In this document: positions 6,374 to 14,222 of the stretch, piece by piece | How the letters are laid out: each line of letters begins with the position of its first letter | Position numbering within the stretch: the first letter of the stretch is position 1 | NCBI RefSeq assembly: GCF_000008565.1 | Contig: NC_000959.1 | Location: 31,354 to 45,596 of the forward strand | DNA: 14,243 nucleotides | Direction: 5' to 3' | Origin: Deinococcus radiodurans R1 = ATCC 13939 = DSM 20539 | GTDB taxonomy: Bacteria; Deinococcota; Deinococci; Deinococcales; Deinococcaceae | The notes under the pieces: generated by a model | Databases searched by the model: none | Seen by the model: the letters and a program-made list of their open reading frames with translations, nothing else | Told to the model about the DNA's origin: nothing | Made by a program: the position numbers and the translations under genes

Positions 6374-7908
6374 CCTCAGACGTTCTCGTCATTGCGCCTT
6401 TTCGTCGTCCGACGTTCCGTACGGCTATCTCCCATCTATATCCCGTTACGGAACCTTGGGACTCACCACCGCTTATTACCTGCGGTGCCATACAGGAAGC
6501 GGGACTGGAAGTCGACTACGTGGCCCTCCAGAATATCTTTAACGGTTACGATCCGGAACGTGACGGCAGAGACCTAAACGAAATATTGGGTGTGTTGCAT
6601 CCGAAGGTGGTGATCTTCAGCAGCGATCACTTCATTCCCAGTCGCAGCACCGCCTCCATTTACGGCATTTCCTTGGTGTCGAAGATATTCAAGTCACGCG
6701 AACGGCCGCCCCTGATAGGCGTCTGCGGACGTCTAGCCACAGTGGCTGCGCAGCGCCTCTTCGCAGAGGTGCCGGAAGTGGATTTCGCCGTCATCGGTGA
6801 ATCGGATGGTGTTATTGGTGAGGTTGTGGCTGACTTACTGGCGGCCGACATGGAGGAGACGTCGAGGCGGCACGGCTATGTACATACCCGTACCGCCCCT
6901 GCTCGGGATATAGCTTACATGGGTGACGTCAATGACGTTGCCTTGCCAGCCTTCGCACTGGCCCTTCCGTCTATAGCACAGTACCGCAGCCGTTTCGGCC
7001 TAGAAGAAAACCCATTGCCTTTCAGTCTACGGACGTCGTTCGGCTGCAAGTTCAAGTGCCGTTTCTGTGCTGGCGTCCCCCACTGGCTAGATTACCGTAA
7101 GAAGTCGCCCGATCGTGTGCAAGCAGAGCTGGATGCATTCCTCAACCAGTTGGGTGATCAAGCACGAATTTCCTTCCTTGAGGACGAGATCTTCACACGG
7201 GATCCAGAGCATGTCGCTGCGATCACGGCATTACTCAAGGAACGTAACATCTATTTGGACGGTCTGTACACCCACTCGACCCTTCTGACGCCCGAGATCG
7301 CTGCCGACCTATGTACTGTGGCTGACCGCGTCTTTACGGGGCTTGACAACGCAGACGACCAGATCCTGCGCAAGATGGGTAAAGGTCAACTACTTGATAC
7401 TGTCCTTGACGCGGTCGAGAAAGCCCAGGCCGCCTCGTTGAAGGTGCATCTAGAATGGATCATCGGTACGCCTGAAGAGACCCTAGACACGCTCGTCACC
7501 TCGCTGAGCACCATCTTCAACCTGTTAAGCACACACGCCGTCGAAAGCATTAACACATACGTTTACTGTCCGCACCCAGGCACAGACTATACAGTGAACG
7601 CGAAAAAGTACCGAATGCGCGTTCTGGACACCTTCGACGGCATTCAAGAATCGGGGGGGTACCCCGCGTTCGACACTGCGAACTTGACCAGAAACCAGAT
7701 CTACACCGCATACCTGATGAGCCAACTTGTGATTGCAGAAGTGACCGCCGCAAGACAACACAGCAGCATCCCTCGAGCAGTCGTCCCAGCAAGCCGGAGT
7801 GAACTGCTGCGGCTGTTCGGAATGATTGGTGAAGGACAGGTTGCCTTCGATTTCGATGAAGCACCTGTCGGCAGAGTGTCCTACCCTGAAGGAACCAGCA
7901 GAGCATGA
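6370..7908 (+). CDS. B12-binding-domain radical SAM protein (class B architecture, 512 aa)
   Basis: The ATG at 6370 overlaps the upstream stop (ATGA). The N-terminal ~170 aa are Rossmann-like (VLVIAPF...AIQEAGLEVDYVAL...KVVIFSS...IGVCGRLAT...VDFAVIGESDG). This is followed by CKFKCRFC (CxxxCxxC) at 7045-7068. Confidence 0.85.
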   Translation: MTSDVLVIAPFRRPTFRTAISHLYPVTEPWDSPPLITCGAIQEAGLEVDYVALQNIFNGYDPERDGRDLNEILGVLHPKVVIFSSDHFIPSRSTASIYGISLVSKIFKSRERPPLIGVCGRLATVAAQRLFAEVPEVDFAVIGESDGVIGEVVADLLAADMEETSRRHGYVHTRTAPARDIAYMGDVNDVALPAFALALPSIAQYRSRFGLEENPLPFSLRTSFGCKFKCRFCAGVPHWLDYRKKSPDRVQAELDAFLNQLGDQARISFLEDEIFTRDPEHVAAITALLKERNIYLDGLYTHSTLLTPEIAADLCTVADRVFTGLDNADDQILRKMGKGQLLDTVLDAVEKAQAASLKVHLEWIIGTPEETLDTLVTSLSTIFNLLSTHAVESINTYVYCPHPGTDYTVNAKKYRMRVLDTFDGIQESGGYPAFDTANLTRNQIYTAYLMSQLVIAEVTAARQHSSIPRAVVPASRSELLRLFGMIGEGQVAFDFDEAPVGRVSYPEGTSRA

Positions 7909-10016
7909 ACCGACCACAGTATGTCCTGGGTGTGAGCATGTCGAACCACGACCGGTCAGCCTGCCTTCTGCGTGACGGAGAGATAGTCGCTGCCGTCGCT
8001 GAAGAGCGCCTAGATCGTCGGAAAAAATCGGAAGGCTTTTACGAACAGCACCTCGGAAGTGCTGTCCTGCCCCCATATCGCGCCATCACCGCGGTTCTGC
8101 ATGAAGCAGGCCTCACCGTCGGCGATATCGACCGTGTGGTGTGTGGGCGCTCCATCCTCCCTTGCCGAGACGATCTGCTCAACCAATTCCCGTTCCCGCC
8201 GGAAAAAGTAGTAGAGATTCCTGTTCCGGGGCATCACATAGCTCATGCCTGCAGCGCCTTTTTCACCAGTCCTTTCGAGAATGCTGCCGTACTGGTGCTT
8301 GACGAACAGGGCCACCGTTTGGAAGACGATAGGTTCGAGCGTATGACCTGGTACACCGCGCATGGCACGCAAGTCGTGCCCATCCGTCAATTCTACGGCG
8401 ATTCAGAAACATTGAGTCTGGGTATGTTCATGGACGCCTTCGCTACTTTTACTGGACTTAGCGAAGCAAAGCAGCCCTCTGCCGGGAAATTGATGGGATT
8501 AGCGGCCGTTGGGCAGGAAAGGCAGCAGTGGCCCTCACTCGTCACGACTGTTGATGATGGGGACGCATACGTCCGGCTGAGCGAGCTAGATAGCTTCTTC
8601 GCCAGCGTACTGCCGAGACGAGTCGAGTTCGAAGGCGGCATCGTCAGACAACTAGATGACCTACTGGCCAAGTACTGGCCTGTTCATTGGAGTTCCAATC
8701 TTGCCGCTGACCTCGCTTTTAAGGCACAAGCAGAGCTGGAGGGAGCACTTTTACATATCAACCGGCACCTGAAGGCGCAGGTCGGAAGCGAAAACCTGGC
8801 CTATGCCGGAGGGGTGGCGCTGAATTGCACCGCAAACGCCAAACTGAGCCTTGCTGGATGGCGTGACGTGTTTGTCCACCCCGCTGCCACTGACGACGGG
8901 AATGCCGTCGGCTTGGCCTACTACGGCCAGCGATCTCTGGCCGGCAAGCACCGCCGACCTGAACTATTCAATCCCATGACAGGCCCGAGGTACTCCCAGA
9001 AGGCGGTTGAGGAAGCTGTCCACCGCTTCGGTCTAGGCGAGTGGCTTGAACGGACCGACATGAGCGACGAGGCTGCAGAACGCCTGAGCCGTGGAGAAAC
9101 GCTCTGCTGGTTCTTAGGAAGAAGCGAGTGGGGGCCGCGAGCCCTGGGTGGACGCAGTATCGTGGCTGACCCAACGGTTCCCGGAATCAAGGCGCTGATC
9201 AATTCCCGCATCAAACACCGTGAACCATTCCGGCCGTTCGGAATCAGCGGCACACCACGCGGTGTGGAACAGGCCCTGGACGTTGGAGCAGCACTGCCCT
9301 CGCTCGCGCCGTATATGCTGGCCGTCGCCAGGGCGCGCGATACGCGTTTGAGCCAGCTCCAACACCAAGACGGTTCTATCCGTTACCAGATAGTACAGCG
9401 CGCGTGGCAACCGGAGTGGTTCGGTATGATTGAGGCGTTCGGGCGACGTTCGGGAGTGGAGTGTATCGTTAACACGTCATTCAACGTCCTAGGCGAACCA
9501 CTCGTCGAGACGCCCTCCGACGCTGTCCGGCAATTTGTGTTGAGCGGTGCCCAGGCCCTTCTCATCAATGGTTTCCGTCTGGATAGCGCCGACGTTCCTC
9601 GAGAATACCTTCGCCAGATACGACGGCAGGCTTTCCAGGCAGGTGGGCAGCACCCGTTGAAAGTCGCCCTAGGCATTGAGGCCGCCGGATACTGTGCTGC
9701 GGCAATCACATTCTTGGAGGATCAGGAGTTCGGCGAGGAAGCTGCCGAGGCCGAGGGAAAACAGGTACTTCGTGCCTACTACAGCCTCCATCTCCGGGGT
9801 GCTCTACTGAAGAATGAACATGAGCGCTCTACGGAACTCTCCAAATACCTCCTAGCCATGGCCGAATTCGACGGCGCAGTATTGGAAGCCGCCAGTGTTC
9901 TGGAGGCGACTGAACAACCCGAGACTCAGGCCATGGGTCAATTCTTCACGCATATTGGACGTTATGGTTCGGCCTTCAGGCATGCCAGCGGAATCTGGGC
10001 AGGAACCGATGGCTGA
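7905..10016 (+). CDS. NodU/CmcH/TobZ-family carbamoyltransferase with about 140-aa C-terminal extension (703 aa)
   Basis: The ATG at 7905 overlaps the upstream stop (ATGA). N-terminal motifs: VLGVSMSNHDRSACLLRDGEIVAAVAEERLDRRK and GHHIAHACSAFFTSPF. C-terminal domain motifs: GPRALGGRSIVADP, INSRIKHREPFRPFG, HQDGSIRYQ, NTSFNVLGEPLVETPSDAV. Residues encoded by about 9582-10013 lie after the last conserved block. Confidence 0.9.
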   Translation: MNRPQYVLGVSMSNHDRSACLLRDGEIVAAVAEERLDRRKKSEGFYEQHLGSAVLPPYRAITAVLHEAGLTVGDIDRVVCGRSILPCRDDLLNQFPFPPEKVVEIPVPGHHIAHACSAFFTSPFENAAVLVLDEQGHRLEDDRFERMTWYTAHGTQVVPIRQFYGDSETLSLGMFMDAFATFTGLSEAKQPSAGKLMGLAAVGQERQQWPSLVTTVDDGDAYVRLSELDSFFASVLPRRVEFEGGIVRQLDDLLAKYWPVHWSSNLAADLAFKAQAELEGALLHINRHLKAQVGSENLAYAGGVALNCTANAKLSLAGWRDVFVHPAATDDGNAVGLAYYGQRSLAGKHRRPELFNPMTGPRYSQKAVEEAVHRFGLGEWLERTDMSDEAAERLSRGETLCWFLGRSEWGPRALGGRSIVADPTVPGIKALINSRIKHREPFRPFGISGTPRGVEQALDVGAALPSLAPYMLAVARARDTRLSQLQHQDGSIRYQIVQRAWQPEWFGMIEAFGRRSGVECIVNTSFNVLGEPLVETPSDAVRQFVLSGAQALLINGFRLDSADVPREYLRQIRRQAFQAGGQHPLKVALGIEAAGYCAAAITFLEDQEFGEEAAEAEGKQVLRAYYSLHLRGALLKNEHERSTELSKYLLAMAEFDGAVLEAASVLEATEQPETQAMGQFFTHIGRYGSAFRHASGIWAGTDG

Positions 10017-11238
10017 CGGCCCCGTCGCTGCCCCCTTTATGAGACTAAGTTCGAAGCTGAGGGATGACCTTTACGAGGAAGTCAGGCACGACAAGACGTG
10101 GCACCAGCGCCTCACCTGGAGTCGTGGAGAATGGACTCCCGGAAGCCTGACTAGCTTGGCCTCTCGCTTCGAACGTTCCCTGCGGTGGAACAAAGTCAAG
10201 CCAGAAAAGGAAAACTTCGATTCTCCACGACCAACCATTCAGTCACAATCGATCTGCCGGGAACACTTGACAGGAACGGCACCCGAGTTCCTGAGCGAGG
10301 AGACGCTCAGAATTCTAACGGAAGCGGTTGGGTCGGCGCAGATCAAAGAAGCGGTTATCGATATGGAGTGCTGGGAGAGAACCTTCCTCAACTCCGAGGG
10401 CTGTTCAGTCACAACTCAAGGGAAATGGTTTGACTTCTACGCCTCGTACAATACAGGAGCCGCGCTCGTTCGCTGGAGGGATGGAACCTCCACTCAAGAA
10501 GAAGTATCGCGGCTTGCCCGGCCACCGCTGCCTATCCTCGGGAGAGGGGTCACCTGGAGTGAACCTAGAACGATAGACACGGTGCGGTACGACCTCGTAC
10601 TACTTTCGCCGACGGCCTCGTCCGTTGTCATCCACGAACTGATCGGACATGGGTGCGAACACTTCAGAGAAAAAATCGTTGGACTGCGTGTCGGGCCTGA
10701 GGAACTACGGGTGGTGGCTTTTCCGAAGAACGGCTCCGGGTTTGATGACGAGGGTACACCCTCCGAAGAGATTGTACTTGTGGAGAACGGCATTGTGAGG
10801 CACGCTGTCAGGGATCGGGCGACTGGAGGAATGGCGCCTTTTTCCGGTTTGACCAAAGTGGCATCACATGGTGTCAAACCTGGCTCAAGATGTACGCATC
10901 TCAAGGCGGAAGGGGAATCGTCACAGGAAGGAGTTACCGGAGTACCCGCCGAACGCACCGTTTGGATAGAGCATTTTTCTGCAGCGAACTACCATTCAGG
11001 TCGAGCCTTTTTCAGGTCTGGCCTTGCCTGGGTAGGCAGCCGAGAAGAACTCTTATATCCCTTAATGCCTTTCACCATGTCAATTGATATCTACGAACTG
11101 GCCAGCTTATTGTGGCATTTAGACGGTCAAACGGAACGAGCACGTAGTGGACTGTGCAATAAGGACGGTGAGTTTCTTCCAACGTTTAATTTTGCTCCGA
11201 AGATAGCTCTTCGACCCGTTGTATCTATCAGGCCATGA
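10009..11238 (+). CDS. TldD-like zinc metallopeptidase (TldD/PmbA superfamily, HExxxH present)
   Basis: HELIGH at 10633-10650, and GFDDEGTPSEEIVLVENGIV as in TldD (DDEG-P....L-ENG). I prefer the ATG at 10009 (an 8-nt overlap, ATGGCTGA, with the upstream gene) over the track start at 9895. Confidence 0.8.
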   Translation: MADGPVAAPFMRLSSKLRDDLYEEVRHDKTWHQRLTWSRGEWTPGSLTSLASRFERSLRWNKVKPEKENFDSPRPTIQSQSICREHLTGTAPEFLSEETLRILTEAVGSAQIKEAVIDMECWERTFLNSEGCSVTTQGKWFDFYASYNTGAALVRWRDGTSTQEEVSRLARPPLPILGRGVTWSEPRTIDTVRYDLVLLSPTASSVVIHELIGHGCEHFREKIVGLRVGPEELRVVAFPKNGSGFDDEGTPSEEIVLVENGIVRHAVRDRATGGMAPFSGLTKVASHGVKPGSRCTHLKAEGESSQEGVTGVPAERTVWIEHFSAANYHSGRAFFRSGLAWVGSREELLYPLMPFTMSIDIYELASLLWHLDGQTERARSGLCNKDGEFLPTFNFAPKIALRPVVSIRP

Positions 11239-12274
11239 AGTGGGATTTTCTACAATACGTCACTCGCGGCAAGATTCCAGGGCGTCCATTGACGGGCTCT
11301 CATGGAAGGAGAGCCTTACTGAGGAGAAGTATGTGCGTGTCAGAATCTTAGACGACTTCGGTCTACGCGTCTACGTCGGGCCGGGTGGAGCGGATGAGGA
11401 GCTTTTGTTTGAAAGGACGCTTGAGTCACCATGCCAAAAAGGGATCGGGCTAGCGTTGAGCGGGACTGTGAAATGCACCCGATTTGAGCCGGAGGATGCG
11501 CTTGCACTCGGGGAAAATCCTCTGCGACCCTTCATAGGAATGGTCACGACTACAAGGCAGGATTCATTCAGGGCGACGTTGCGCACTTTTGAGGAGAATG
11601 TTCTGGAGTGGGATTGGGAACAGCATTCATGCCACACACATGCAAAAGACCGGGATCACATAACGCAGGCGCACTTGCAGATGGAAGAACTCCTTTGGAG
11701 TCCGTCTGCCTTGTCCGGCCTACTTTACGAGGCTGTTGTGAAACGGTTGCAAAGCCAGGAACGCTGGGGGAAAGGGCTGTTCGTCGGGGAACTGAATCGA
11801 TGTGGGGCCGCTTTTGACTTGGACGGCACCCCCCACTCCTCGGCGGCCTTCGTGATGAACGGGGAATTCGTCATGTCCCCGCGAGGGCGGCTGGCACAGG
11901 AAGGGGATACGCACGGCAGTTCTGGGCACGGTGGCCTCTCGAAACCGTTTCTCACAGATCTGTACATCGGGAGTTACTCGTGCAACCCTCCGCTTCTTCC
12001 CCTAATTAAAGCGGGGGTGCCGTTCGTGGAGAGCGTCCATGAACTGTCGGGGGATATGTTTGCCCTTGACCTCTCGGTTTTCGAAGAGGGAAACACGACC
12101 GTAGCGAATAACATCGGGTCGCTGGTCGTCGGCTGGCGCGATGAGTTTTCCTGGCTAACGTTTCTAAACTCTCTGAGATGGTACGGCTCTTTAGAGCACG
12201 GAGTGGAAGCCTGGATTTCGTCCTGGGCCTTGAGTGGCCCTTATACAACCTATTTCCAAGAGTGGTGCTTTTGA
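11219..12274 (+). CDS. PmbA/TldE-like protein (TldD/PmbA superfamily, no HExxxH); start uncertain
   Basis: FDLDGTPHSSAAFVMNGEFV and GHGGLSKPF blocks parallel the DxEG...NG and GHAGG blocks of PmbA. It sits next to the TldD-like gene, the arrangement expected for a heterodimer. The track start is the TTG at 11219, and a GTG at 11240 is also in frame. The ATG coupled to the upstream stop (11235) is in a different frame (see findings). Confidence 0.65.
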   Translation: MYLSGHEVGFSTIRHSRQDSRASIDGLSWKESLTEEKYVRVRILDDFGLRVYVGPGGADEELLFERTLESPCQKGIGLALSGTVKCTRFEPEDALALGENPLRPFIGMVTTTRQDSFRATLRTFEENVLEWDWEQHSCHTHAKDRDHITQAHLQMEELLWSPSALSGLLYEAVVKRLQSQERWGKGLFVGELNRCGAAFDLDGTPHSSAAFVMNGEFVMSPRGRLAQEGDTHGSSGHGGLSKPFLTDLYIGSYSCNPPLLPLIKAGVPFVESVHELSGDMFALDLSVFEEGNTTVANNIGSLVVGWRDEFSWLTFLNSLRWYGSLEHGVEAWISSWALSGPYTTYFQEWCF

Positions 12275-12284
12275 AAGGTGAGCC

Positions 12285-13493
12285 ATGAGGAAAAACGTCA
12301 ACAATACGCTCTGGATCTTGCTTGCTGGAAGTATTGTCTCGGAAACGGGAATGTGGATCGGCTTCGTCGGAACACTCCAATTCCTACAACAGGTTCTTTC
12401 TTCAACGTTCAACCAAGCCCTTTTCCTAATTGTGCCATCTCTTCTCGGTCTGGCGATTGGGCCAATTGCAGGACGGGTCGTCGATCAGCACGCTAAACAG
12501 CTCATCCTGAAGGTGAGTAGTGCCTTGAGGATCCTAGCACCGGCATTGATGCTACTAGCAATAGAACAACGGTCTATCGTATTCGCCGTCATCAGTACCC
12601 TCATCGGAGGACTAGTCACGTCTTTCTACTACCCAGCCTTGCGTGCCACATTCCCACTAGTCGCGTCAGGGCAAGCTCTAGCTATGGCGAACATGTGGAA
12701 CTTCAACCTGATCACGCTCGCCAGGATCATCGGCACTACATTCGGCGGTCTACTCATAGTCAACGATAATTTGGAAGTGTCCTACCAGCTGGCTATGCTT
12801 TCCTACGTTGTCATCGCGCTCCAGACTTGGCTGATCCGTATAGATGAAGATGCCACGAGCAACCGGCACAATCAGGTGGACTCCCGAAAAATGGCGTTTA
12901 CCGAGGTTCTGCGCCTGATTGGGAATAGTAGGGAATTAGTCTTCGCGCTGACAATAAACCTTATTCCATATATCTTTATTGCCGGATTTAACATCTTCGT
13001 TATTGGCATCAGTACCCTGCAGCAAAACGTCGGGATCAAGGGCGCCCTCTACACTGTTGAAGGGGTCGGTATCCTGATATCAAGCCTCTTCTACAGAAGG
13101 ATGATAAAGAAATTCGACGTGAAGAATATCATCCTAGCAACTGCTTTCCTCATCTGCGCGGCGGAACTATTCCTGCTTGGTGCCGGGAACAAGTGGCTCT
13201 CAATTCTGGGATTCGCCATCTTCGGGATCTCAGGTGGGTTCTTCATTCCTACCCTTCAGACCTTTTTACAGAACTCAGTCGAAAACACCTACCACGGCCG
13301 CCTCTTCTCGCTCAAACGGATGCTCGAAACGGGCATAACCCTCGTCACCCTTCCATTCTATGGAATTGTGATCGATAGACTTGGTATCACATCGCTGATG
13401 GCAATCATCTTAACTCTCTCTACAGCAATCTACCTTTTTGCTATTGCACAGCTAGTCGGGATGAATTCGCGTTTAGCTGGAGAGAGACGTTAA
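12285..13493 (+). CDS. MFS transporter (about 12 predicted hydrophobic spans), probable exporter
   Basis: Hydrophobic throughout. The N-terminus LLAGSIVSETGMWIGFVG and loop GPIAGRVVDQHAKQ resemble the MFS motif-A region of EntS/MFS_3-type efflux pumps. AAGGTGAG lies just upstream of the ATG at 12285. Confidence 0.85.
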   Translation: MRKNVNNTLWILLAGSIVSETGMWIGFVGTLQFLQQVLSSTFNQALFLIVPSLLGLAIGPIAGRVVDQHAKQLILKVSSALRILAPALMLLAIEQRSIVFAVISTLIGGLVTSFYYPALRATFPLVASGQALAMANMWNFNLITLARIIGTTFGGLLIVNDNLEVSYQLAMLSYVVIALQTWLIRIDEDATSNRHNQVDSRKMAFTEVLRLIGNSRELVFALTINLIPYIFIAGFNIFVIGISTLQQNVGIKGALYTVEGVGILISSLFYRRMIKKFDVKNIILATAFLICAAELFLLGAGNKWLSILGFAIFGISGGFFIPTLQTFLQNSVENTYHGRLFSLKRMLETGITLVTLPFYGIVIDRLGITSLMAIILTLSTAIYLFAIAQLVGMNSRLAGERR

Positions 13494-13517
13494 TCGCTGT
13501 GCAATGGAGGAGACTAT

Positions 13518-14222
13518 ATGACAGACACATTAAGTCTATCGACCTTGACTGGCTGGAAAAAAGTAAAAGACACCCTTGAAGATTACAATTACCGGTTGCT
13601 CAGCTTTGAGGAACGTGGTACGCAATATCCCAGCTTCTTCCTTGCTTTTGACCTGCTGGATCCGTCACAGCATTTGAAAGTGCGGGGCGCGCTAACACGT
13701 GGACTTTCAGGGCCACGCCTGACACGCCTAGAGCAAGAACTCTGCCACAAATACGAGGGCAGGAAAGCCAACAATGGACCGGAAAAAGTTGACGTGATTG
13801 CGCTGATCAGGGACATTGTTTTCGACTGCGTCGGAATCCCGAAGGAAGAGGCGCTCGAGATCCTTGCAACATACACCGTCAGCCAGCGTTACCTGAAACA
13901 CGAGGGGGAACAATCGCCAGAAGGGCGTTATGCTTTGCAACTCGCACTCGAACGCATAGGTGAGGCGCTCGGTGACAGGCCACGGCTTTCCTCTTCGTTT
14001 GTCAGGTTCCTCGACGAGGATGCGACCTACACCGAAGAGCAAAAACTATACCTAGTCGTTCCATTCTTTGACATGCTCGTCGCAGAAAAAACCTTCGAAC
14101 TTCCGATTGCCCTCGCTAAGGCCCTTTCTGAATGCCCAGGGCAGACTCCTATTGTATCCAGCGAATTTGCGATAACCAGCGGAACTTCGATGACTATTTC
14201 CACGAATGTGCTCGCCTCCTAG
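13518..14222 (+). CDS. hypothetical protein (234 aa), no recognisable motif
   Basis: GGAGGA (13506-13511) lies 6 nt before the ATG at 13518, which is 24 nt after the MFS stop on the same strand. The protein looks soluble, acidic and helical. I recognise no family. Confidence 0.7.
   Translation: MTDTLSLSTLTGWKKVKDTLEDYNYRLLSFEERGTQYPSFFLAFDLLDPSQHLKVRGALTRGLSGPRLTRLEQELCHKYEGRKANNGPEKVDVIALIRDIVFDCVGIPKEEALEILATYTVSQRYLKHEGEQSPEGRYALQLALERIGEALGDRPRLSSSFVRFLDEDATYTEEQKLYLVVPFFDMLVAEKTFELPIALAKALSECPGQTPIVSSEFAITSGTSMTISTNVLAS

Noticed and set aside
9895-10008. Track start (9895) for the TldD-like ORF
   Set aside because: It would overlap the carbamoyltransferase by 122 nt. The first in-frame ATG, at 10009, gives a short overlap like the other junctions.
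11235-11351. 38-aa ORF (MKWDFLQYVTRGKIPGRPLTGSHGRRALLRRSMCVSES) as a second precursor peptide
   Set aside because: It lies entirely inside the TldE-like coding region in another frame. Its first residues look like the displaced N-terminus of that gene rather than an independent peptide.
7525-11967. Numerous antisense or off-frame ORFs within the carbamoyltransferase and TldD/E genes (for example 7525-8076, 8010-8390, 8921-9253, 9383-9709, 10494-10958, 11371-11637, 11725-11967)
   Set aside because: These are shadow ORFs of GC-rich genes. The sense frames carry the family motifs.
12006-12496. 124-aa and 73-aa minus-strand ORFs and a 72-aa plus-strand ORF at the TldE/MFS junction
   Set aside because: They overlap two well-supported genes. 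The translations are Arg/Ser/Pro-rich with no signals.
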